In this document: positions 36,508 through 45,675 of the stretch, in pieces
Numbering within the stretch: the first letter of the stretch is position 1
Layout: every line of letters begins with the position of its first letter
From: an uncultured Chloroflexia bacterium
Lineage (GTDB): Bacteria; Chloroflexota; Chloroflexia; Thermomicrobiales; UBA6265
Reading direction: 5' to 3'
NCBI GenBank assembly: GCA_963724295.1
Contig: CAVRUC010000001.1
Location: forward strand, 96,001-160,000
DNA length: 64,000 nt
Position numbers and translations under genes: made by a program
The notes under the pieces: generated by a model
Seen by the model: the letters and a program-made list of their open reading frames with translations, nothing else
What the model was told of the DNA's origin: nothing
Databases searched by the model: none

Positions 36508-37317
36508 CTACGGTAAGTAGTGGGTCCAGGCTCGCGAACCGAATCGCTCCCGGGCTCGTTCCTCGGCCTCCGCGAACTCATCAGGATGAAGCGCGTCCTC
36601 TTCGAGCCCGAAGCGCCGCCGGAACTGCTCGACCATGTGCTCGATGATGGCTTCTCGCGGCAGATTGGTCTGCTGGCGTAGCGGCGCCACCCGCTTGTCG
36701 GCGGAAGTGACTCCCTTGTCGCTCAGTTTCTCTTTGCCGGTGCGCAGAACCTCGAGCAGCAGAGGGAGGTTCATGTCATAGGCCATGGTGGTGTGATGAA
36801 GCACGGCGCCGTCGCGGCGCGCCTGTGCGGCGCCGCCGATCTTGCCGGCGCCAGAGGTAATGTCGTTGAGCGGCGCATACCACGCGTCGATGCCCAGCTC
36901 TCGCAACGCGTCGACGACCCAGGCGTCAAAGAAGCGGTACGACTCCGCGAAGGTCATCCCGGCGGTTATCGACTCTGGTGCGTACAGTGACCAGGTAATC
37001 GCGCCTTCGGGCTCGATGAACATGGCGCCGCCACCGCTGATGCGCCGCACAATCTCGATCCCTCGGCGAGTCGCGGCCTCCTCGTCGACCTCGTTGCGCA
37101 CCGACTGAAATCGCCCCAGAACCACGCAGGGCGCGTTCCAGCCCCAGATGCGCAGTGTTGGCTGGCGCACTCCCGCTCCAACCCGCTCGACGAGCACCTC
37201 ATCGAGCGCCATGTTCAGCAACGGGGGTCGCCTCACCGCGGGCAGCAGCTTCCAAGGCAAAGCGCTCCAGCGCGCCGAGTCTTCCAGGGTCATCGACGAC
37301 GCGTCAGCCACCGTCAT
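36508..37317 (-). CDS. Lipoate-protein ligase, catalytic subunit
   Basis: NMALDE, VRRISGGGAMF, NDI...KIGGAAQ, HHTTM. Confidence 0.9.
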   Translation of the reverse strand: MTVADASSMTLEDSARWSALPWKLLPAVRRPPLLNMALDEVLVERVGAGVRQPTLRIWGWNAPCVVLGRFQSVRNEVDEEAATRRGIEIVRRISGGGAMFIEPEGAITWSLYAPESITAGMTFAESYRFFDAWVVDALRELGIDAWYAPLNDITSGAGKIGGAAQARRDGAVLHHTTMAYDMNLPLLLEVLRTGKEKLSDKGVTSADKRVAPLRQQTNLPREAIIEHMVEQFRRRFGLEEDALHPDEFAEAEERARERFGSRAWTHYLP

Positions 37318-37618
37318 CCCGTTCAAGCGCGGGACGACTCCGCAGCGCGCGGACAACTGCCACCGCCAGCGCTTCCGGGGATGACCCGACCAATTCGGCC
37401 CGGGTATCGAGCGCGGTCCGGATGCACGCCGCATAGCTGCCTTCGTCAAGCGAGACGGGGGCGTTTTCGAGAGCGCGTGCCAGGACAGGCAGCGCTTCTT
37501 CCGGGTAGAGAAAGAAATCGCCGGTAACCACGACGTTGCGCAGCTCGCCGCCCACGACGTCGAATTCAACGGCGATCAGCTTGCCGCCCGGTGTCTTGAA
37601 CTCTCCCCGGCTCGTCAT
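37304..37618 (-). CDS. Lipoate-protein ligase accessory domain encoded separately (LplB-like)
   Basis: KTPGGKLIAV...VTGDFFLYPEE; overlaps the catalytic gene start. Confidence 0.82.
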   Translation of the reverse strand: MTSRGEFKTPGGKLIAVEFDVVGGELRNVVVTGDFFLYPEEALPVLARALENAPVSLDEGSYAACIRTALDTRAELVGSSPEALAVAVVRALRSRPALERDDGG

Positions 37619-37669
37619 GCGGATGATGTCGCGGCCGGCTTCGCGCGCCGGGCACCGCGACTATTCGGA

Positions 37670-38101
37670 TCAGGACCCGGACACACTCTCACGGAGCTGA
37701 CGCCGCTGCCGCTCGTCATATTCGACATGTCGCTCGATCTCGTCAGCCAGCGTGATCTCGCTGCCGGTTTCATCGATTGCGCCACGGGTCCAGTCCTTCA
37801 AGGAGAGGTTGATCAACAGCGAGACGAGGTCGCCGCGGGCGACCTCCATCTCCGCCAGCAGCGCGGACAGATCTTCATCGTCCGCGGCTTCGCTGATGCG
37901 CAACGCCGGCAGATTGGGGGTGTCCTCGCGCGTGATGGCTTGCACCCTCTCCAGGATCGCGCGATCCCGGTTCCGGGTCTCCGCCACGAGACGCTTCGTC
38001 TCCGGCGACGTGTCAGACGCGCCAGACGCTTCGACCAGCTCCCGAATTTCGGAGGGCGTGCTGAGCAGATCGTCGATCAGATCCCGGTAGGCGTCGAGCA
38101 T
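37670..38101 (-). CDS. DinB-like four-helix protein
   Basis: ITREDTPNLP, ARGDLVSLLINLSLKDWTR spacing typical of DinB; His ligands incomplete. Confidence 0.55.
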   Translation of the reverse strand: MLDAYRDLIDDLLSTPSEIRELVEASGASDTSPETKRLVAETRNRDRAILERVQAITREDTPNLPALRISEAADDEDLSALLAEMEVARGDLVSLLINLSLKDWTRGAIDETGSEITLADEIERHVEYDERQRRQLRESVSGS

Positions 38102-38126
38102 GGTGGTTCTGGTCGCCCGCGCCGAC

Positions 38127-39071
38127 CTAGACCGGAATCAACGGCACGGAGCCGATGACCGCGATTTCCCAGTTCACGTTGAAGGGATCCCTGAAGGTGA
38201 ACGTTGCAATCCCCGATCGCAAGACCGTCAGTGGCCGCATCAAGACCTCGCCTTTGAAAGCGGCGAAGGTGTGCGAATCGACTCCCAGCGATACGGTCTC
38301 CAGCGCACCCTGACCCAGGAGCACGCCAAGCCCCACCCGCTGCGCGGCGAGGGTCAACGGTCCGTTCGAGAGGAAGGACGTGTCCGCCAGCTCGCCTGAC
38401 TGAAGGGCTCGATCCCAGGAATAATCAGTCGGCAGCGGCAGCAACGTCCCATCGGGACCGCGGCGCACGCGGCCGAGGAGCTGCATGGCGAAAAAGTCCT
38501 GGTAAAACTGCTCGGCTTTGCGGAGATCGTTGACCTGGACCAACACGTAGTTGATGGCGCGAATCTGGAGAGCGCTGGCGGGTTCCCCGGTCGGCAACAT
38601 CTCCCCGGCCTCGTGGCCTCGGTCGGCGACCGCAACCGGCGCGGCTTCAGATGTCATATCCGAGCCCGGCTCAAACTCGGAAGCGCCCGGCCCGACCGAA
38701 TACCGCGGGGTCTTGGCCATCGGCTCGTGGTCGCCGATGTGCGGGATCGTGCGCTCGACCCACGGCTGGTCGCGCCGGATGAGCGCAACCATGCGCGCGC
38801 GATCGACAGTCCCCAACGGATACCGCTCACCCCCGTGCAGCACCATCCGCACGTCGGGACGCGGCGCTTCGCTGGCTTCGTACCAGTCGAAGAGCGAGTC
38901 GACGACGCGCAGTGAATGAGCGGCAACCGTCATATCGAGGTACGGATCGTCGACACCCAGTCCGTGCGACGGACGAACCACCAGCACCTGCGTGTCGGCG
39001 ACACGCTCGACGGCGATACTCGCCGCCTCGGCCAGCGACTCTGGCACCTCCAGCAAGAACCGGTAGGCCAT
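38127..39071 (-). CDS. Unknown N-terminal domain plus C-terminal VOC/glyoxalase-like domain
   Basis: INYVLVQVNDLRKAEQFYQDFF...FRDPFNVNWEI; start ATG 39071 after GGAGG. Confidence 0.7.
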   Translation of the reverse strand: MAYRFLLEVPESLAEAASIAVERVADTQVLVVRPSHGLGVDDPYLDMTVAAHSLRVVDSLFDWYEASEAPRPDVRMVLHGGERYPLGTVDRARMVALIRRDQPWVERTIPHIGDHEPMAKTPRYSVGPGASEFEPGSDMTSEAAPVAVADRGHEAGEMLPTGEPASALQIRAINYVLVQVNDLRKAEQFYQDFFAMQLLGRVRRGPDGTLLPLPTDYSWDRALQSGELADTSFLSNGPLTLAAQRVGLGVLLGQGALETVSLGVDSHTFAAFKGEVLMRPLTVLRSGIATFTFRDPFNVNWEIAVIGSVPLIPV

Positions 39072-39336
39072 CCCGCCCGTTCCCTCCGCCCGCCGACCGT
39101 CGATCGGTCTCTCATGCGCACACCGTCTAACGCCGCATGTCGGCGGATTGTACCGTACCCGTCCCGGCCGCCTCCGGTTGGCCGCGGTGACTTTGAGGCT
39201 CTTGCGATCAGCCTGACCGATCGGTACTGTTTTCGGTATCTGGAGATCCCCCCGCGATACGTCACTCCCCTTCCTCGCGTTACGGCCCATATGAGCGCCA
39301 GGGTCGCCCCGGTCCAGGGGCGCGGAAGGAGGAGCC

Positions 39337-39855
39337 GTGGTTCAGGATGTCAAGAGCAGCGCGGTCCCGCGCTCGAGCGTCGCTCGAGCCATTCGTCGCC
39401 GCGACGCGATTGGTGCGGCGATGCTGGTCGCGCTGGGTCTGACCACGAGCGGCGCGGGGTGGCGCATGGCGGACGCCGCAAGCAACGGCAACGAAGTAGT
39501 CCGGGTGGCGAAAAAGTACAAGGGAGCACAATACAAGTCGGGAGGAGCATCACCAAAGGGGTTCGACTGCTCCGGGTTCACCTGGTACGTCTACAAGAAG
39601 GCCACCGGGAAGGACATCACCCGCGGCGTAGAGGAGCAATGGAAGCACGGGCGTTCTGTCGGTCGTGGCAAATGGCGACCCGGCGATCTCGTCTTCTTCG
39701 AGAACACCTTCGAGCGCGGCTTGTCGCACGTCGGTATCTACATCAGTGGGGATGATTTCATCCACGCCGAGAACGAGAAGACGGGCGTCGTCATCTCGAG
39801 TCTGGACTCGGACTACTACAGGAAACACTATGCGGGAGCGCGCCGTCTCCTCTGA
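39337..39855 (+). CDS. NlpC/P60 (C40) peptidoglycan endopeptidase, exported
   Basis: GFDCSGF, PGDLVFF, HVGIY, FIHA. Confidence 0.92.
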   Translation: MVQDVKSSAVPRSSVARAIRRRDAIGAAMLVALGLTTSGAGWRMADAASNGNEVVRVAKKYKGAQYKSGGASPKGFDCSGFTWYVYKKATGKDITRGVEEQWKHGRSVGRGKWRPGDLVFFENTFERGLSHVGIYISGDDFIHAENEKTGVVISSLDSDYYRKHYAGARRLL

Positions 39856-39897
39856 GCTCCCTGGAAGGGTGCCCGATGGAGACGGCGCGCCAGGCGG

Positions 39898-41220
39898 CTA
39901 GAATTCGTCGTCGTAGCCTTGCAGATCGCGCACCAACTCCTGGACTTGGACCGACGCTTCATTGGCCAGCCGCAGGACCCGATCGCGGCGTTCCGCATCG
40001 AGCAGGGCATAGAGCGCCAGTCCGATCCCGGCTCCAGCCCAGAACAGCCCCGCCTTGCCGTGGTGTTCTTCGCCGGCAAGATCCTCTTCCTTGACGTCTG
40101 TCTTTGTCTCTTCGGCCGTGGCGGCAGCGGCATCGGTGGCATCGTGTGATGCTCGCCAGAAGCGACGCTTGCCGTTGGCGCTAATGGTCTCAGCGCGTTG
40201 CTCGACTTCGCCGGCGGTATCTCGAGCCTCCTCCTCGGCACGCTCCAACTGCTCAGCGACTTCAGCGGCAAGTCCCTGTGACCTGTCTCGAATCTCGCTC
40301 GCCGCTGCTCGAGCGCGATCCTCGGCCTCATCAACGGCTTTGCTCGATTCACGGCTCAAGTCCAGCTTGCCGAGGGCAGCGACGGCCGCTTGAACTGCCG
40401 AATCGCGCAGTGACGGTCCGAGCTCCTTTTGCAGGATCTCCGCGACCTGGGCCTTGTTCCTGGCCGCCAGCAGCGCCGGCGCCTTGGCTCGTAGCGTGCG
40501 CTCGATCTGCCCCAATGCCGCCGCGGTCGCCTCAGAGGCCACGAGCTCCGCGATTGGGCCGCTCTTTCCCGCAAACCGGGAGGTGAGGCTGGATGCTTCT
40601 TTGTCCACCCTCTGGCCGGACTTCCGGAGGTGTTCCTTGAGCTCGTCGATCTCAGCGCGCAGCCGCTCCACTTCGCGCTCGACCGTGCCCTCATCCTCCG
40701 CGCGGTGGCGAAGCTGAGCGAACTTTTCTTTCCCCTCGCCGGCCAGGTTGCGCGCTTCCGCGCCAAACCAGGACGCGAGGTGGGTTGCATCGTCGACTAC
40801 TCGATGACCGGCCGCGCGCAGCCTGCTCTCGGCCTCTTTCGCCTCCTGCTGCGCATCCCAGGCAGCAGCTTTGAGATCCCTCTCGGCAGCCTTAGCTTCG
40901 GCGCTCACATGTTCGGCCGCGTCTCGTACCTCACCGGCGCCGTGGCGCCATGTCGAAACCGCTGCCGCGGCGAGTTCCTTTCGCTTCTTCTTGGCGGCCT
41001 TCGCCGCTTTCTTCGACTCCTGCTTTGCGTCCGCGACGACGTCCTCGACCCGCGCCGCGACGACGTCGGCCCGCGTCGCCAGGCCCTCATCCTCCCGGCG
41101 GCGGATCAACGCGACCAGGAGGGCAGCGACCGCGGCGCTGCCGACGGACAGCAGAATGACTTTTCGATTGAGATCGTCATCATGCTCTTGCATGAGATCC
41201 ATCCATTTCCGGCCGGGCAC
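39898..41220 (-). CDS. Ala/Glu/Lys-rich coiled-coil protein with N- and C-terminal hydrophobic anchors
   Basis: Hydrophobic VILLSVGSAAVAALLVALI and GLFWAGAGIGLALYALL flank a long amphipathic region. Start may be 41193. Confidence 0.75.
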   Translation of the reverse strand: MPGRKWMDLMQEHDDDLNRKVILLSVGSAAVAALLVALIRRREDEGLATRADVVAARVEDVVADAKQESKKAAKAAKKKRKELAAAAVSTWRHGAGEVRDAAEHVSAEAKAAERDLKAAAWDAQQEAKEAESRLRAAGHRVVDDATHLASWFGAEARNLAGEGKEKFAQLRHRAEDEGTVEREVERLRAEIDELKEHLRKSGQRVDKEASSLTSRFAGKSGPIAELVASEATAAALGQIERTLRAKAPALLAARNKAQVAEILQKELGPSLRDSAVQAAVAALGKLDLSRESSKAVDEAEDRARAAASEIRDRSQGLAAEVAEQLERAEEEARDTAGEVEQRAETISANGKRRFWRASHDATDAAAATAEETKTDVKEEDLAGEEHHGKAGLFWAGAGIGLALYALLDAERRDRVLRLANEASVQVQELVRDLQGYDDEF

Positions 41221-41396
41221 CTAACAGCACCCGGTCTCTCGTAACTTCGGATACATTGTCTGGCACCATTGTACCCGGTCCCGTCGGATGTTCCGGAAGT
41301 GGCCACCTCCGTTGCGCCAGTCGATGCGGCAGACCATACTTCCGCGTCGCTCTCGATCGCGGTCGCCCATCCCGCTCTGCGGATCAGGGGAATGGA

Positions 41397-41868
41397 ATGC
41401 AGGGCAGGTTCGCTCGATTGGTCGTGCCGGTTGCCGGTTCGGAGATGGACGACCGGGTCCTGGACATGCTGCCCAATCTCTTGAGTCGCGAAGGTGGCAC
41501 GATCACGTTTCTGTTCGTCGTCGAGGTCCCGCAATCTATGCCGCTGGACGCCGAGCTGCCAGACCGACATAGACATTGGCGAGCGAGCCTTGCGCCACGC
41601 CGAAAACGCGGCTCGACCCTTGCTCCCCTCTCGAAACGCGACAATCGTTACGGAGCTGCTTCAGGCCCGGGCCGTGGGACCGGCGATCGTCGACGAGGCC
41701 ATCGAGCGTGACGCGGAAGCGATCGTCATGACGGCGGCGATTCACCGGCGACACGGCCGGCCGACGCTCGGCGAAACGACCGACCACGTCCTCCTCAATG
41801 CGCCATGTGAGGTGGTGGTCATTCGAACAGTCCCCGATTCGCTGTCACGGGCCGGAATGCACCGATGA
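41397..41868 (+). CDS. Universal stress protein (+1 frameshift near 41561)
   Basis: RLVVPVAGS...VVEVPQSMPLDAELP, then AIVDEA...LGETTDHVLLNAPCEVVVIR. Confidence 0.85.
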
Positions 41869-42302
41869 GAGTCGTCATCATGGGTTGTGGTCGAGTCGGA
41901 GCAAGGGTCGCCAGCCTGCTCGACCACTCGGGCAACGCAATCACGGTGATTGATACGGACAGTCGCGCGTTCCGCCGTCTGCCGGCTGGTTTCGGCGGCG
42001 AGACGGTGATCGGCACCGGCATCGACGAGGACGTCCTGCGCAAGGCCGGCATCGAGGACGCGGACGCATTCATCGCGGTCACGAATGGAGACAACAGAAA
42101 CATCATGGGGGCACAGGTGGCGCGGCTAGTCTTCGAGGTGCCCGTGGTCATCTGCCGCATCTACGACCCGGTGCGGGAGGACACCTACCGCCGCTTGGGC
42201 CTGACGACGGTTTGTCCGACCACCACCATCTCCGCCATCATCCTTGATCAGGTCATGCGCGCCGCAAGCGACGCGGACGTGGTGCGTGGAGGGACCGCCT
42301 AG
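41865..42302 (+). CDS. TrkA-N (RCK-N only) potassium-uptake NAD-binding protein
   Basis: GCGRVG, AVTNGDNRN. Confidence 0.88.
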   Translation: MRVVIMGCGRVGARVASLLDHSGNAITVIDTDSRAFRRLPAGFGGETVIGTGIDEDVLRKAGIEDADAFIAVTNGDNRNIMGAQVARLVFEVPVVICRIYDPVREDTYRRLGLTTVCPTTTISAIILDQVMRAASDADVVRGGTA

Positions 42303-42304
42303 TC

Positions 42305-42955
42305 ATGTACATCATCGTCGCCGGAGGCGGGAAGGTCGGCTACTACCTTGCCCAACATTTGCTGGCGGAAGGGCACGAAGTCCTGCTTATCGAGCGCAAC
42401 CCCGAGCGCGTCTCCGAGATCAACGAGGTTCTCGGCGCTGTCGCGGTCACCGGGGACGGCGCGGAAGCCGGGACGCAGGCAGCGGCCGGCGCCCCTCGCG
42501 CGGACGTCGTTGTCGCGGTGACTGGAGAAGACGAGGACAACCTCGTGATCTGCCAGGTTGCGCGCGAGAAGTTTCACGTCGCCCGGACCATCGCCCGCGT
42601 CAATAATCCCAAAAATGAGCATTTGTTCAGGATGCTCGGAGTCGACGTCACCGTCAGCCAGACCAACTACATCCTGAATCTGATCGAGCAAGCGATTCCC
42701 GAGCGCTCGTTCGTCCATCTCGTCAGCTTCCACGAGGACCTGGCCATCGTCGACGCCAAGGTTTCGGAGACCTCGGCGGTTGCGCATCGCGCTATCGCCG
42801 AGATCGAGCTCCCGGCGAACACCGCGATCACCGCTATCGCGCGCGGGGCAAAGCTGATCGTACCCAACCCCGGCACCGAGCTGCTGCCGGGCGATGACAT
42901 CATCGCGGTCGCGCATCAGAACCAGGAGGACGAACTGCGCCGGCTGCTCGTCTGA
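42305..42955 (+). CDS. trkA: TrkA family potassium-uptake protein (RCK-N plus RCK-C)
   Basis: GGGKVG, AVTGEDEDN, C-terminal IVPNPGTELLPGD. Confidence 0.88.
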   Translation: MYIIVAGGGKVGYYLAQHLLAEGHEVLLIERNPERVSEINEVLGAVAVTGDGAEAGTQAAAGAPRADVVVAVTGEDEDNLVICQVAREKFHVARTIARVNNPKNEHLFRMLGVDVTVSQTNYILNLIEQAIPERSFVHLVSFHEDLAIVDAKVSETSAVAHRAIAEIELPANTAITAIARGAKLIVPNPGTELLPGDDIIAVAHQNQEDELRRLLV

Positions 42956-42993
42956 GCCCCGAACGCGCAGGCATCAGTCGCCAGAGGGTCGTC

Positions 42994-43848
42994 ATGCTCC
43001 TAGCCGTGGAAGTCGGCAACACAAACACCACGTTCGGACTGTTCGCCGCCTCTGGTGAGCTGACGACCGCCTACCGGCTGTCGACCGAGCGGGAGCGCAT
43101 GCCGGACGAGTGGTTCGCGATGCTGGCCGCGCTCCTCGCCTCCGATAGCCACCAGCTATCCGAGGTCGACGGCGTGATCATCTCCAGTGTCGTGCCGAGC
43201 GTAACGACGTGGCTGGTCGACATGACCCGAAATCGGCTTCGAATCGAACCGGTCATCGTCAGCGGCGACCTGGACGTCGGTCTCGATCTCGACGTCGACG
43301 AGCCGAAACAGTTGGGAGCTGACCGCATCGTCGATTGCGTGGCCGCATTTCATCGCTACGGTGGTCCAGCCATCATCGTCGACCTCGGCACCGCGACGAC
43401 GTTCGACGTCATCGGCCGCAACGGCGGGTACAAGGGCGGCGCCATCGCCGCCGGCGTCGCCACCTCGCTGCAGGCCCTGGCTGGCAACGCCGCGCAACTG
43501 TTCAATGTCGAGTTGCATATGCCCGATGCGGTCATCGGTCGCAACACGGGCGACCAGCTGCGCTCCGGGATTGTGGCGGGGCACCTGGCCATGCTCGAGG
43601 GCATGATCGAGCGTACCCGCGCCGAGCTGGGGGTTGACGCCCAGGTCATCGTGACCGGCGGGCTGGCGCCGCTCTTCGCTGGCCGCTCCCCCCTCTTCGA
43701 CCATGTCGACGCGGACCTGACCTTGCACGGGTTACGGCTCATTTACGATCGCGTCCAGTCGGCACGCGGAGAGACCGCGGCGACTCCACCAGCCGAACTC
43801 CGCTCTATGAGCGCCGCAGGCGGCCGGGAGTTTCCGGATGCGGTCTGA
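42994..43848 (+). CDS. coaX: Type III pantothenate kinase
   Basis: EVGNTNT, SSVVP, GADR, VDLGTATTFD, TGG. Confidence 0.93.
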   Translation: MLLAVEVGNTNTTFGLFAASGELTTAYRLSTERERMPDEWFAMLAALLASDSHQLSEVDGVIISSVVPSVTTWLVDMTRNRLRIEPVIVSGDLDVGLDLDVDEPKQLGADRIVDCVAAFHRYGGPAIIVDLGTATTFDVIGRNGGYKGGAIAAGVATSLQALAGNAAQLFNVELHMPDAVIGRNTGDQLRSGIVAGHLAMLEGMIERTRAELGVDAQVIVTGGLAPLFAGRSPLFDHVDADLTLHGLRLIYDRVQSARGETAATPPAELRSMSAAGGREFPDAV

Positions 43849-44332
43849 ATCTCCATCAGAGGCGGGAACCGAGCGCGTTGCCATCCGCCCGTACAGCTCC
43901 GAGGACCGGTTATTCGTGGCCCGCGTCGCCTCCCGCATGCACCCTGGGCAAACAGCGTCTCCGCGAGACCCCGCCGCCCTGGATCGATTCTTCTGCGAAC
44001 AGGGACCCGGCGAGTTTCTGAGCAAACCGGGCGCCCAGGCATTCGTTGCCACGATTGACGGCGAACCTTGCGGGCTCATTTCCTTCTTCCCCGACAAGGA
44101 TTACTTCACCGATCACCCGAGGGCTTACGTCGACAATCTCGTCGTGGCTGAAGAGGCGGAACGCAAGGGAGTTGGTCGGGCTCTGTTAGCCTTCGTCGAA
44201 CGCCGGGCTCGTGACGATGGGTTCCGTGAAGTCGTCCTCGATGTCTTCGCGGTGAATCGCGGTGCTATCGCTTTCTACGAGCGGCAGGGGTACCGGCCCG
44301 ACCACATCCGGATGGCGAAACCACTCGAATAA
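43838..44332 (+). CDS. GNAT family N-acetyltransferase
   Basis: VAEEAERKGVGRALL, NRGAIAFYERQGY. Confidence 0.88.
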   Translation: MRSESPSEAGTERVAIRPYSSEDRLFVARVASRMHPGQTASPRDPAALDRFFCEQGPGEFLSKPGAQAFVATIDGEPCGLISFFPDKDYFTDHPRAYVDNLVVAEEAERKGVGRALLAFVERRARDDGFREVVLDVFAVNRGAIAFYERQGYRPDHIRMAKPLE

Positions 44333-44462
44333 CTGGGGCTTTGGCCCCCTGTCGCGACATGATTTCATGTCTTTGCATCTGAATCATTGAACTGGCGAGC
44401 TACTCGTATCAGGCAGGTTCATTGAAGCGTGTCTGGTCGATGTTGGAGGTTTCAGAATCACG

Positions 44463-45380
44463 ATGCCCGATGCAACCACGGGCTTCAAGCAGGCACTCGG
44501 TCTTGCGCCGACCGGTGATCCGCCACTGAAACTGGCGGTCCAGCGCTCCGGTCGCTTGACGCAAGACACGCTCGATCTCTTGCATGCCATCGGCTTGCAG
44601 TTCGAGAGCTATGGCCAACGTCTCTTCTCCCACTGCCGGAACTTTCCGCTCTCCATCCTCTATGGACGAGACGACGATATTCCTGGCTACATCGGGCTCG
44701 GCACCGTTGATCTCGGCGTCGTCGGCCGCAATCTCCTCCATGAAGAGAATGTCGTGGTCGAAGAGCTGGCGTCGCTCGGGTTTGGCTACTGCGAGCTGGT
44801 CCTGGCAACGCTGCGCGACGCGCCATTTACTCGACCTGAGCAACTGCTCGACGCGCGCATTGCCACCTCCTATCCGGAGTCGGCTCGCCGGTACTTCACC
44901 GAGCTTGGCGGCAATCCGGAGATCATCACGATCAGCGGCTCAGTCGAAGTGGCGCCTTCGCTCGGCCTGGCGGATGCGATCGTCGAGCTGACCGCTACCG
45001 GTTCGACGCTGCTCCTGAACGACCTCCGGCCGATCGCCACAATTCTCGAGTCGGAGGCGGTGCTTGCCGCCCACCCCGATGCCATGGCGGACCCGGCAAA
45101 GCGCGCCAATATCGACCGCTTGATGATGCGGATCGACGCCGTGCAGGCGGCCAAACGCTACAAGTACCTGATGATGAACGCACCAGAAGCGGCCTTACCC
45201 GCCATCCGGGCCGTCGTTCCGGGGCTGAAGGCGCCAACGATCGTCCCGCTCGCCGACCCCGGATGGTTCGCGGTCCACACCGCGGTCGAAGAGGATGCGT
45301 TCTGGGAGTCGATCGAGCGCTTGCGCGCGGCCGGCGCAACCGAGATCCTCGTGTCGTCGCTGGAGAAGCTCCTGCTCTGA
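44463..45380 (+). CDS. hisG: ATP phosphoribosyltransferase, long form
   Basis: QRSGRL, RDDDIP, GSVEVAPSLGLADAIVELTATGSTL, C-terminal regulatory domain. Confidence 0.95.
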   Translation: MPDATTGFKQALGLAPTGDPPLKLAVQRSGRLTQDTLDLLHAIGLQFESYGQRLFSHCRNFPLSILYGRDDDIPGYIGLGTVDLGVVGRNLLHEENVVVEELASLGFGYCELVLATLRDAPFTRPEQLLDARIATSYPESARRYFTELGGNPEIITISGSVEVAPSLGLADAIVELTATGSTLLLNDLRPIATILESEAVLAAHPDAMADPAKRANIDRLMMRIDAVQAAKRYKYLMMNAPEAALPAIRAVVPGLKAPTIVPLADPGWFAVHTAVEEDAFWESIERLRAAGATEILVSSLEKLLL

Positions 45381-45385
45381 GTGTG

Positions 45386-45654
45386 AGACGGCAAGACGGC
45401 AAGACGGCGAGACGGCTAGCACGCGGGCCGTTGTCATCCGTGAACAATTCGGGATAGATGGCGCCGGCGAACGTTTGCAAAGGCTGCAAAGGTTGCAAAG
45501 GCTACATGAGGCAGGCGCCGCTGGAATTGCACGCTGCATGTTCACCAGTCCCGCCGCTTTCCTCATGCGGCGTGCACCTCGGCTACTATTCGTATACCGT
45601 CAGCAGTCCGCGAACTAGCCGACTAGCCGACTTCTTGCAGCCGTCTTGCCGTCT
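45386..45654. repeat. Intergenic element with terminal inverted 8-mer tandem repeats
   Basis: (agacggcN)x4 at 45386-45417; exact reverse complement gccgtcttgccgtct at 45640-45654; (tgcaaaggY)x3 at 45476-45502; (actagccg)x2 at 45614-45629. Confidence 0.75.
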
Positions 45655-45675
45655 ACTCATTGCGGAGGATCCTTG

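Noticed and set aside
44333..44462. His attenuator or T-box upstream of hisG
   Set aside because: No His-codon-rich leader peptide or T-box consensus seen; only a short ggggc-tttg-gcccc hairpin.
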